From the NCBI GenBank assembly GCA_011051755.1, contig DRKN01000022.1, positions 1 through 62,576 of the forward strand: a stretch of DNA of 62,576 nt, written 5' to 3'. Within the stretch, counting starts at the first letter, position 1. Every line of letters begins with the position of its first letter. This document shows positions 10,210 through 18,247 of this stretch, piece by piece. This DNA is from Gammaproteobacteria bacterium (GTDB taxonomy: Bacteria > Pseudomonadota > Gammaproteobacteria > SZUA-152). The position numbers were made by a program, and so were the translations under genes. The notes beneath the pieces were generated by a model. The model saw nothing but the letters and a program-made list of their open reading frames with translations. It did no database searches and was not told the DNA's origin.

Positions 10210-10393
10210 CCCACCACACTCACTCAGCACCCCGGAAAGCACGACCACTTGTAAGATCCAGTACTCCGCCAAAGTTATATTGACGGGTTCAGTGGGTCTG
10301 CCAGCATTCAGGGCACCAACAGCAGGCGCTTTTAGGCGAGGCGCGCCTCGCAGCGAACGGCCCTAGTCCCTTGCAAGAGGAGTTAGAGAGATA

Positions 10394-11329
10394 ATGCCGC
10401 CACCCGTTACCACCGGATTCGCCATGCCTCCCCGCTACGACATCGAAGACCTGCTGCAACAGGCCCGCACCAAACTCGCAGACAACACGGAATCCGCCCG
10501 CCTGGAGGCGGAGATCCTCCTTGCCTTCACCCTCGGCAAAAACCGCAGCTGGCTGCGCACCTGGCCGGATCATGTCCCGAGCCCGGAGCAACAGGATACG
10601 TTCGATCATCTGCTGATGCGCCGCACCGCCGGTGAACCCATCGCCTATATCACTGGCGAACGCGATTTTTGGGACATGACCCTGCGCGTCACCCCGGACA
10701 CTCTGATTCCACGCCCGGAGACTGAACGGCTGGTGGAGCTGGCCCTGGAACACATCCCGCTGGCAGCCGACTGGCGCATCGCCGATCTAGGCACCGGCAG
10801 TGGCGCCATTGCCCTGGCCCTGGCGCGCGAACGGCCCCGTTGCCATCTCATCGCCACGGATGTCTCGGCAGCCACCCTACAGGTGGCCCGCAGCAATGCC
10901 AAAAAACTGGGGATCGGCAACATCGAATTCCGCCTTGGCCCCTGGCTGGCGCCGCTGGCCGGTGAACGCCTGGCGCTGATCGCCAGCAACCCACCCTATA
11001 TACATCCGGACGACCCCCACCTCTACCGCGGAGACCTGCGCTTCGAACCTGCCGCCGCCCTCGGCTCCACCCCCGACGGCCTGCATGACATCCGCGAGAT
11101 CGCCCATGAGGCCCATGAACATCTGCGACCTGGCGGATGGTTGCTGCTGGAACACGGCTACGATCAGGGATCCGCCGTCCGCGCTATCCTCGCCGCCCAG
11201 GGCTACTGCGAGGTAGCCACTCACTCTGATCTGAGTGGCCACGACCGAATCAGCCAGGGGCGCACAGCCCCCCATACCTCCCCTGCCGACATCTCCGGTT
11301 GTGCGATGATCACAAGTGAACCACCATGA
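10394..11329 (+). CDS. prmC: Release-factor glutamine N5-methyltransferase
   Basis: SAM-binding DLGTGSGAIAL and catalytic NPPY (IASNPPYI). An alternative in-frame ATG lies at 10424. There are about 20 extra residues at the C-terminus relative to E. coli PrmC as I recall it. Confidence 0.9.
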   Translation: MPPPVTTGFAMPPRYDIEDLLQQARTKLADNTESARLEAEILLAFTLGKNRSWLRTWPDHVPSPEQQDTFDHLLMRRTAGEPIAYITGERDFWDMTLRVTPDTLIPRPETERLVELALEHIPLAADWRIADLGTGSGAIALALARERPRCHLIATDVSAATLQVARSNAKKLGIGNIEFRLGPWLAPLAGERLALIASNPPYIHPDDPHLYRGDLRFEPAAALGSTPDGLHDIREIAHEAHEHLRPGGWLLLEHGYDQGSAVRAILAAQGYCEVATHSDLSGHDRISQGRTAPHTSPADISGCAMITSEPP

Positions 11330-11350
11330 AGCATTCGAGGTATTAAGCTG

Positions 11351-11690
11351 ATGGGTACTGAAGCATTTACCGTCCGCACAGACAGCAAAAAAGGTGAAGC
11401 AACTCGACAAGCTGACAAAACAGCAAGACAGATCCAGAAATTACCTGGTCAACCAGGTGACCGAACAGATGCTTGAAATGCAGGCATGGCAAGTCGAGCG
11501 CATCGAGGCGGCTGACGAAGACAGATTTGCCGACGATGCCGAAATGGCGCACATGTTCAACAGATACAACGATAACCCTAAAATCACCACTCAGCCCACG
11601 ACAAGGCCATGGCATTCACAGGGAAGTGCCTGTACGCACCGCGCACCTGCCCGTAGCGTGCGCCATGCACACGATCCCCCTCCCGAATAG
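11351..11690 (+). pseudogene. CopG/ribbon-helix-helix antitoxin-like gene, frameshifted in an A6 tract
   Basis: ATG 11351 encodes MGTEAFTVRTDSKK, which looks like an RHH beta-strand. After AAAAAA (11387-11392) the matching continuation VKQLDKLTKQQDRSRNYLVNQ...WQVERIEAADEDRFADDAEMAHMF is in the +1 frame (track ORF 11394-11690). The original frame stops at 11474. Confidence 0.5.
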
Positions 11691-11991
11691 CGAGTACGCG
11701 ATACATGTGAACTGATGATTGCGAAACTCCTCAATATCATGCCTTACTCGGATCAAAGGACATCAGATCCAAATCCTCACCGTTTACCATTCCGCAAGAA
11801 AATGGCCGGACGCATTTCTCTAACCGGCTATTAAAAATTTTTGTTTCAGCAGCCTGACGAAAGAGAAGCAAGAATCTGTAAACACTGGCGAAGCCATGCC
11901 ATCTGGGGTACATCAGCCTCCCTTCTCTCTTATGAGGGCGAAACGCGTCGAATCGACTTGAAATCAGCACCAGCCCGACTAGGCTCAAGGT

Positions 11992-12408
11992 ATGTCGGAC
12001 TCACTCCTTCCCAGCGAAGAAATCAAACAGCGCGAGGTTCGTTTCTGCACCCTCGACCCCACCGCCGAGCCGGCGCGAGACGCCGCCCAGCTGCTGCTCA
12101 ACGCCGCAGGCGTTGACACCGTGCAGGCTCTCACCCGTGACAGTATTCACATTCACTACAGACTCAGTCAGATCAACCTGCAAATCATCGAGGAATCCCT
12201 CGCCGAACTGGGCTTCCACCTGGACAACAGCCTGCTGTGCCGCATGAGACGCGCTCTCATCTATTATTGCGAAGAAACCGAGCTGGCCAACATGGGGCGC
12301 AGCCACGACAAGGCTAACGCCACCCTCGACGTCTTCATCAACAGCTACCAGCAGCGCAATCACGGCTGCCGCGACCCCCACCCCAAGCACCTGCGCAATC
12401 ATTCCTGA
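11992..12408 (+). CDS. Hypothetical protein (138 aa)
   Basis: An ORF with plausible coding composition and no motif I recognise. The middle part (VDTVQALTRDSIHIHYRLSQINLQIIEESLAELGFHL) vaguely resembles a ferredoxin-like/HMA fold but has no CxxC. Confidence 0.4.
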   Translation: MSDSLLPSEEIKQREVRFCTLDPTAEPARDAAQLLLNAAGVDTVQALTRDSIHIHYRLSQINLQIIEESLAELGFHLDNSLLCRMRRALIYYCEETELANMGRSHDKANATLDVFINSYQQRNHGCRDPHPKHLRNHS

Positions 12409-12476
12409 ATACCTCTAACACGACCACGACAGTCCGCTGCCCAAATCACGATAAATCATCCGGGAAACGGCAAGCC

Positions 12477-13589
12477 TCACAATAGCGTCCGCTTCACTCT
12501 ATCGTGCATGGGCTTTTCCACCTGCCAGTACAACAACCCGCCCATCAGAATACTTCCGACGATGATGGAGCCCACAAATATCCAGCCCGTCGATGGCGAA
12601 AAATACTCTGCGGGATTGGTATCCAGATATATCGCCAAATACAATTTTACGGCACGAAAAAGCAACCATTGCACGAGGTATATCGAATAGGAAATGGTAC
12701 CGATAAACAACAGGGGCCTTACACTGAAAAACGTTTGAACCCGGCCATCATTGAGAGACAACACCACAATGGTGAGCGCAAAGAGGCACACGATACCGAC
12801 ATCCGGTATCGACAAATACATACCGACAGGAATAGCAAAAAGAACCAACAATGCCGCCATATCACCCCGCAAAGACTCTACCAATGCGCCAACAGACCTC
12901 AGCCGGCAAAGTGCGTAGCCCAGCGCCACTTCCAACAGACATCTGACCGCACCAAAATCATAGGTAATATCAAGATCATCCCTGCCCAACGAATATTGCA
13001 GGCCAAGCAATCCGCCGATCGACAAGACCGCCAACAAAACGCAGGCCCAATAACCACAACCGTAAAAAAAATAAAATATCAGCGGCACGAGCAGATAGAC
13101 CAGCCACTCGGCACTCAGAGACCACCCGGGCATGTTCCACGTCAGTTGGTCATGCACCCCCACCGATTGCAGCATCAGGATATTGCTAAGCAATGCCTCG
13201 GGCGCATATGGCCCGGCAAAAAAGGCCTCGCGAATATCTTCACCGAACCTGGCAATGGCCGCAGTCTGTGCCAGAAATTCCAGCAGGACAAACAATGCCA
13301 ACACGACAATATACGCCGGATAAATCCTGGCAAATCTTGCGACGATAAAAGACTTATAAGTAACAGGTGTGAAGCTTCCCGCAAATTTTTTTCCATTGCT
13401 ATGCGCCAGAACGAAACCACTGAGCACAAAAAAGAAATCGACCCACAAATAACCCTTCGCGCTAAACAAAGCGGGTACCTGTTGTGCGACCTGAGGAAGG
13501 ATTGCCAAAGAATGAAAAAGCACGACCCCAAGCGCGGCCACGCCGCGCATTGAGGTCAGCGCGGAAAAATAGATCTGTTGGTTATTCAT
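12477..13589 (-). CDS. Acyltransferase family 3 (OafA/YrhL-like O-acyltransferase), integral membrane
   Basis: 370 aa. The N-terminal SMRGVAALGVVLFHS motif is typical of acyltransferase_3, and about 10 hydrophobic segments follow. It is visibly AT-richer than its neighbours. Confidence 0.8.
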   Translation of the reverse strand: MNNQQIYFSALTSMRGVAALGVVLFHSLAILPQVAQQVPALFSAKGYLWVDFFFVLSGFVLAHSNGKKFAGSFTPVTYKSFIVARFARIYPAYIVVLALFVLLEFLAQTAAIARFGEDIREAFFAGPYAPEALLSNILMLQSVGVHDQLTWNMPGWSLSAEWLVYLLVPLIFYFFYGCGYWACVLLAVLSIGGLLGLQYSLGRDDLDITYDFGAVRCLLEVALGYALCRLRSVGALVESLRGDMAALLVLFAIPVGMYLSIPDVGIVCLFALTIVVLSLNDGRVQTFFSVRPLLFIGTISYSIYLVQWLLFRAVKLYLAIYLDTNPAEYFSPSTGWIFVGSIIVGSILMGGLLYWQVEKPMHDRVKRTLL

Positions 13590-13822
13590 CTAACGTCCAG
13601 GAGCCCTACACATATACACAACAATTTCCACCTGCCCTATGAACCGCCCGCTGACACGACCGTGTGATTCGGTTGGCGGAACAGCAGTGGATCCACATAT
13701 AGAATACATAACAAAACCGGGGGGTCGACAGAGAAAAAGGGTAATATTTCACACTTTTACCCCTCAAATTCCCGTGTTTAACAGCACACACGCACCCCAT
13801 GATCGGCTTATAATGACCCTTC

Positions 13823-14584
13823 ATGAACGATGAACAACTCCTGCGCTACAGTCGGCAGATCATGCTGCCTTCCATGGACTTTGAGGGGCAACAGCGCCTG
13901 CTGGGCAGCCATGCCCTGATCATCGGCCTCGGCGGACTGGGTTCACCAGTGGCCATGTATCTGACGGCCGCCGGCGTGGGTCATCTGACCCTGGCGGACT
14001 TCGATACGGTGGACCTGAGCAACCTGCAACGCCAAATCGTCCACGGGAACGGCGACATCGGCCGCCCCAAGGTGGAATCCGCGGCGCAGACGCTACAGGC
14101 GCTGAATCCGGATGTGCAGATCGATACCCTGCCGCAACGCCTGGCAGGCGAGGCCTTGCTACAAGCGGTACGTACCGCCGATATCGTCCTCGACGCCAGC
14201 GACAACTTCACCACCCGTTTCGCCATCAACGCCGCCTGCGTGGCCGAACGGACGCCGCTGGTCTCCGGCGCCGCCGTGGGCCTGGACGGACAAATCACCG
14301 TTTTCAGCAATGATGCCAACAGCCCCTGCTACCGCTGTCTCTATGACGACACGCCCGACGGCGGCACAGTAAGCAGTTGGGCCAACTGCAGCGCCAGCGG
14401 CGTACTGGCGCCGCTGGTGGGCGTGATCGGCAGTATGCAGGCACTGGAAGCGATCAAGCTGCTGGCCGGGATCGGCAAGCCCCTGACCGGCCGGCTGCTG
14501 ATCCTCGATGCCGCCCATCTGGAATGGCGGGAGATGCGTTACCGCAGGGATGCCCACTGCCCCATCTGTGCCGCGACTGCGTAG
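13823..14584 (+). CDS. moeB: Molybdopterin-synthase adenylyltransferase (MoeB/ThiF E1-like family)
   Basis: LRYSRQIMLP..., nucleotide loop IGLGGLGS, and two Cys pairs (CYRC and CPIC) for the structural zinc. At 253 aa it has no rhodanese domain. Its position after prmC matches Pseudomonas synteny. Confidence 0.85.
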   Translation: MNDEQLLRYSRQIMLPSMDFEGQQRLLGSHALIIGLGGLGSPVAMYLTAAGVGHLTLADFDTVDLSNLQRQIVHGNGDIGRPKVESAAQTLQALNPDVQIDTLPQRLAGEALLQAVRTADIVLDASDNFTTRFAINAACVAERTPLVSGAAVGLDGQITVFSNDANSPCYRCLYDDTPDGGTVSSWANCSASGVLAPLVGVIGSMQALEAIKLLAGIGKPLTGRLLILDAAHLEWREMRYRRDAHCPICAATA

Positions 14585-14613
14585 CTTATCGTTGCGACAT
14601 CCCTGGAGATGAC

Positions 14614-15021
14614 ATGACCCCGATTCCCTTTCCCCGCCCCTTGATCAACCAGATTCTGCAACAGGCGCAGCAGGCCGAAGACAGCGAAATCTGCGGCCTT
14701 GTTTCCGCCCGCAGCGGGCAGCCCGCGCACTGCTACCCGGTGGCCAATGCCGCCGAAAAACCCACACATCGTTTCCGCATGCACCCACAGCAGCAAATCG
14801 AGGCCATGCGTCAGATACGCGAGCGAGGCGAAGAACTGTTCGCCATCTACCATTCCCATCCGCACACGCCCGCGGTGCCCTCGGCCACGGATCTGCGCGA
14901 GGCGACCTATCCCGATGTCCTCTACATCATCATCTCCCTGGCCACCGAGGGCACCCTGGAGATGCGCGGTTTCCACCTGAAAAACGGCAATACCGAGGAT
15001 GTGGACTTTGTCGTCGCCTAG
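14614..15021 (+). CDS. JAMM/MPN+ (Mov34) family metalloprotease
   Basis: 135 aa with an upstream Glu (EDSEICG) and the JAMM motif HSHPHTPAVPSATD. The start ATG at 14614 is in frame within track ORF 14377-15021. Confidence 0.85.
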   Translation: MTPIPFPRPLINQILQQAQQAEDSEICGLVSARSGQPAHCYPVANAAEKPTHRFRMHPQQQIEAMRQIRERGEELFAIYHSHPHTPAVPSATDLREATYPDVLYIIISLATEGTLEMRGFHLKNGNTEDVDFVVA

Positions 15022-15886
15022 ACGTCAAGCGGATTGGGAAATTTTGGCCGCCTTACTCATGTTGTGCCTGCTATTCACGCCGGCCGGCGCCGATGAAGAT
15101 GGCGCCGACGACGCGCTGCTCGGGATCGGAGCACATTTTGCGTGGATCGTCTTCGACGCCATCGAGGCCGACCTGGAGGCGAAGACCGGCCGCAAGATCA
15201 GCCTTTACGGCAAAAACTCCATGCTCGGCGCAGGCTGCAACGCGGCCATCAAACTGGCCAAACAGGCGGCGGAAAACCGTGAAACCTTTGGTTTCGTCTG
15301 CTGCCCGCTGAGCGAGAAGGAAGTAAAGCGCGAGGGACTGATCGTCCACCCCCTGGCCCTGGAGCCAATCCTGATTCTGGTACGCGAAGACAATCCCGCC
15401 GACAATCTCAGCAGCGCACAGGTGCGCGCCATCTTCCGCGGTGAAATCAGTCACTGGCAGGACGAGGGGGGGGCCGACAAACCCATCGTGCTGATCACGT
15501 GCCTGCACTGCAAAAGCCGCCCCGGGCACTGGAAGACGATCCTCCCCTCACCCGATAATTTCCGCAAGACACGCCTCAACGTCAACAGCGCCGCCACCAT
15601 GATCCAGCGCATCAACGACTTCAGCGGCGCCATCGGGCACATCGGCTCCACCTGGGTCTTTGCACCCGATGACCGCATCAAGGCGCTCAGCATCGACGGC
15701 CTCCAACCGGCCGCCGCCAATCTTGCCCGCGACGCCTACCCCTTTTTCCGCCAGTTGTCGGCGATCACCAGCCGCACACCATCAGCGGACATCCTCGAAT
15801 TGATTCGTGAAACCCAGCACGGCCCGGCCTTCCGGCGCGTCGCCCGACGGCATGAGCTGCTGCCACTGAGGCCTCAGGCGCAGTGA
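14999..15886 (+). CDS. Periplasmic substrate-binding protein (PstS/PBP_like_2-type fold), Cys-rich
   Basis: Signal peptide ILAALLMLCLLFTPAGA. The segment LALEPILILVREDNPADNLSSAQVRAIFRGEISHWQDEGG matches the conserved block of PstS-like binding proteins. It carries unusual Cys clusters (GAGCN, FVCCPL, CLHCK). It overlaps the JAMM gene by 23 nt. Confidence 0.65.
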   Translation: MWTLSSPRRQADWEILAALLMLCLLFTPAGADEDGADDALLGIGAHFAWIVFDAIEADLEAKTGRKISLYGKNSMLGAGCNAAIKLAKQAAENRETFGFVCCPLSEKEVKREGLIVHPLALEPILILVREDNPADNLSSAQVRAIFRGEISHWQDEGGADKPIVLITCLHCKSRPGHWKTILPSPDNFRKTRLNVNSAATMIQRINDFSGAIGHIGSTWVFAPDDRIKALSIDGLQPAAANLARDAYPFFRQLSAITSRTPSADILELIRETQHGPAFRRVARRHELLPLRPQAQ

Positions 15887-17445
15887 TGCTCCACACCTAT
15901 CACGCCCGCATCATCTTCTACAATGCCCTGCTGATGGTATTTCTCATCAGTATCCTCGCCTATACCCACATCTATTCACGCAACGTGATTATCGAAGAAG
16001 CGGAAATCTACAGCCTCAATCTTTCCAATCTGCTGCGCAGCAATATCGAGATGGAAAAGGAGAAGCTGCTGCACTACACCGGAGTGGTGCGCGATGACCT
16101 CATTATTCAGGAATACATGTTCATCACCACCGAAATCAATGGCGAAAAAGAAGCCCTGTGGAGCCTGTATCGGCGTAACTTCGGCTGGCTACCAGTCCAG
16201 CGCACCGCATTCATCGCCAACGATGGCAAGGCCATTATTGGCGATGAGCACAGTGACCTGATACAGGTCATCAACGCCCGGACAGACGATGCCAGCGAAG
16301 GCACCTTCTATTTTCAAGGTAAGGAGAATTTCGAACGGGTGACCTGGGCACGCATTTATTTCCAGGGCGCCCCACGAGGTATCGTCGCTCTCACCCACCC
16401 TCTCGACCGCGCCTGGCTGGAACGTCATCGCTTCTTTGGTGGTTATTATTTATTGATCGACGATAGCGGTCGCATCTCACTCAGTAATCTGCCCGGCGCG
16501 GAAGGCCGGCAGTTCCAGCCGGACAACGGTCTCATCACCATCGACAAACGAGCCTATCATGTACGTGCCATTCCCCTCGGCGACACGGATGAAGAAAGCA
16601 ACCGGCTGTGGCTGGCCATTTCCGAACAGGAACTGCTCGACAAACTGGCGCACAACAGCGACCTGATCCTGTTGCTGGCACTGGTAGGCGGTACAGCAAT
16701 ACTGATCACCGGCCTGCTGATCATCCGCAACTTCAATCGCCCCTTGCAACAACTGATGCAAATCACCCAGGCAGTCGCCGATGGCGAGTTGCCCAAACTG
16801 CAAAAATCGTCGGAGACCAATGAGATCAACGCCCTGCTCAATCGCTTCGCCGAAATGCTCACGGCGCTGCGCAGCAAGCAGGCGGAAATCGAACGCGTGC
16901 ACCGCAAGCTGGAAGAAAACGCCATTACCGATGCCCTCACCGGGCTCTACAACCGCCGCCATCTGACCGACCTGTTTCCAAAGCTTCTGGCCCAGGCCCG
17001 GCGGGAGAGAAAGTGGCTGTGCGGATTACTGCTGGATCTGGACTATTTTAAACGCATCAACGATGAGCACGGACATCCGGCTGGCGACCGCTGTCTGACT
17101 CACGCCGGTGAACTGCTGCGAGAACTCTCGCGTGCCAGCGATTACATCTTTCGCATTGGTGGCGAAGAGTTTCTGGTACTCAGCATTAACGATTCCGCCG
17201 AAGGCGCCCTGGTACTGGCGGAAAAGATACGCCGCGCATTTGAAGTCAAAGAGTGCAAAACGGATGACCCCGTCATCCCCATGACCACCAGCATCGGTGT
17301 CAGCTGCGCCGAGGCCGGCTACCCGGCCAAGCAGGCGTTATCAAACCTGCTGTCACAGACGGACAAGGCGCTCTACCGGGCAAAGGCGCTGGGCCGCAAC
17401 CGGGTTGTCGCCTTCAAGGAGATAGAGGAAACAACACTGTCGTAG
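15883..17445 (+). CDS. Membrane sensor diguanylate cyclase (periplasmic domain-TM-HAMP-GGDEF)
   Basis: It has an N-terminal TM segment, a periplasmic region of about 250 aa, a second TM (LILLLALVGGTAILITGLLII), a HAMP-like linker, the GGEEF active site (RIGGEEFLVL) and an RxxD I-site (RASD) 5 residues upstream. The start is GTG 15883 or ATG 15886, overlapping the stop of the binding-protein gene. Confidence 0.88.
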   Translation: MMLHTYHARIIFYNALLMVFLISILAYTHIYSRNVIIEEAEIYSLNLSNLLRSNIEMEKEKLLHYTGVVRDDLIIQEYMFITTEINGEKEALWSLYRRNFGWLPVQRTAFIANDGKAIIGDEHSDLIQVINARTDDASEGTFYFQGKENFERVTWARIYFQGAPRGIVALTHPLDRAWLERHRFFGGYYLLIDDSGRISLSNLPGAEGRQFQPDNGLITIDKRAYHVRAIPLGDTDEESNRLWLAISEQELLDKLAHNSDLILLLALVGGTAILITGLLIIRNFNRPLQQLMQITQAVADGELPKLQKSSETNEINALLNRFAEMLTALRSKQAEIERVHRKLEENAITDALTGLYNRRHLTDLFPKLLAQARRERKWLCGLLLDLDYFKRINDEHGHPAGDRCLTHAGELLRELSRASDYIFRIGGEEFLVLSINDSAEGALVLAEKIRRAFEVKECKTDDPVIPMTTSIGVSCAEAGYPAKQALSNLLSQTDKALYRAKALGRNRVVAFKEIEETTLS

Positions 17446-17447
17446 GA

Positions 17448-17476
17448 GCGGGCCATGCCCGCGATGGATTTTTTTC
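17448..17476 (+). terminator. REP-derived rho-independent terminator after the cyclase gene
   Basis: GCGGGC-CAT-GCCCGC hairpin followed by GATGGATTTTTTT. It is embedded in GTAGGAGCGGGCCATGCCCGCGA (17442-17464). Confidence 0.6.
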
Positions 17477-17623
17477 CGATACGGAATGAGACACAGAAAC
17501 CGGGCACTAATCCCACTAAGCTGAGGTTCCTTTCTTAGAACGACAAACTATCCCTTATTTATCATATAGATAGTGCCAGCCCGAAAACCCGTGAAACAAG
17601 CGACGATTTCGGGCGAGATTAAG

Positions 17624-17690
17624 CGATTAAGGGGTCAGCGATTAAGGGGTCGGTCACGATTAAGGGGTCGGTCACGATTAAGGGGTCAGG
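17624..17690 (+). repeat. Four direct copies of CGATTAAGGGGTC
   Basis: Copies lie at 17624, 17639, 17657 and 17675, with periods of 15, 18 and 18 nt. The core AAGGGGTC is the reverse complement of the downstream GACCCCTT repeats. Confidence 0.85.
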
Positions 17691-17779
17691 TTAATTGTAT
17701 CATCGTTAAAATACGCAGAATGTTTTGTCTAAACTCCTTTTTCTTAGATAGCAAGCGACGAATTTCTGTCTTCGCCCCT

Positions 17780-18139
17780 TTATCCCGCATTTTGAGAATG
17801 ATTCAACATACCCGACCCCTTTCTTTCCCCAACATACCCGACCCCTTTCTTTCCTTTCTTTTGAGACTTTATCCCGCATTTTGAGAATGATTCAACATAC
17901 CCGACCCCTTTCTTCCTGAGAATGATTCAACATACCCGACCCCTTTCTTCCTTTTCGCCCCTTTATCCCGCATTTTGAGAATGATTCAACATACCCGACC
18001 CCTTTCTCGCCCTTTCTCCTCGCTACCCGACCCCTTTCTCGCGCGACCCCTTTCTCGCGCTTTCTCGCGTACCCGACCCCTTTCTCGCGACGACCCCTTT
18101 CTCGCGACCTACCCGACCCCTTTCTCGCGACCCCTTTCT
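17780..18139 (+). repeat. Nested tandem/dispersed repeat patchwork (11 copies of GACCCCTTTCT; 3.7 copies of a 45-nt unit)
   Basis: GACCCCTTTCT occurs at 17814, 17840, 17903, 17938, 17997, 18029, 18045, 18075, 18092, 18115 and 18129. The unit TTATCCCGCATTTTGAGAATGATTCAACATACCCGACCCCTTTCT occurs at 17780, 17869 and 17963, with a short copy at 17918. There are no unique spacers. Confidence 0.9.
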
Positions 18140-18202
18140 CGCATTCTCGCATTCAATAATTTTCTCTGTGCCTCTGTGACCTCCGCGTTCATCGCTGCTG
18201 TA

Positions 18203-18231
18203 GAGAAAAACATCTCGCGGGCATGGCCCGC
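18203..18231 (-). terminator. REP-derived terminator after gatB
   Basis: On the minus strand, a GCGGGC-CAT-GCCCGC hairpin is followed by GAGATGTTTTTCTC. It is part of the inverted copy of GTAGGAGCGGGCCATGCCCGCGA (18215-18237). Confidence 0.55.
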
Positions 18232-18247
18232 TCCTACCGCACAGAGG

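Noticed and set aside
11560-11715. A possible ParE/RelE toxin remnant downstream of the RHH gene (frame 11473-11715: ...SPRQGHGIHREVPVRT...)
   Set aside because: There is only a vague resemblance to the P..G..RE segment of ParE toxins. I found no start codon and no conserved N- or C-terminal toxin blocks, so it cannot be supported by eye.
12504-13553. A 349-aa ORF antisense to the acyltransferase_3 gene
   Set aside because: Its Gln/Arg/Lys/His-rich low-complexity text is what complementing Leu/Phe/Ile-rich membrane-protein codons produces. The sense strand carries a clear acyltransferase_3 signature, so this is a shadow ORF.
17624-18139. Possible CRISPR array, given the many short direct repeats
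   Set aside because: There are no unique spacers of constant length between repeats. The units are nested or overlapping with variable periods of 14-90 nt, and no cas genes are nearby.
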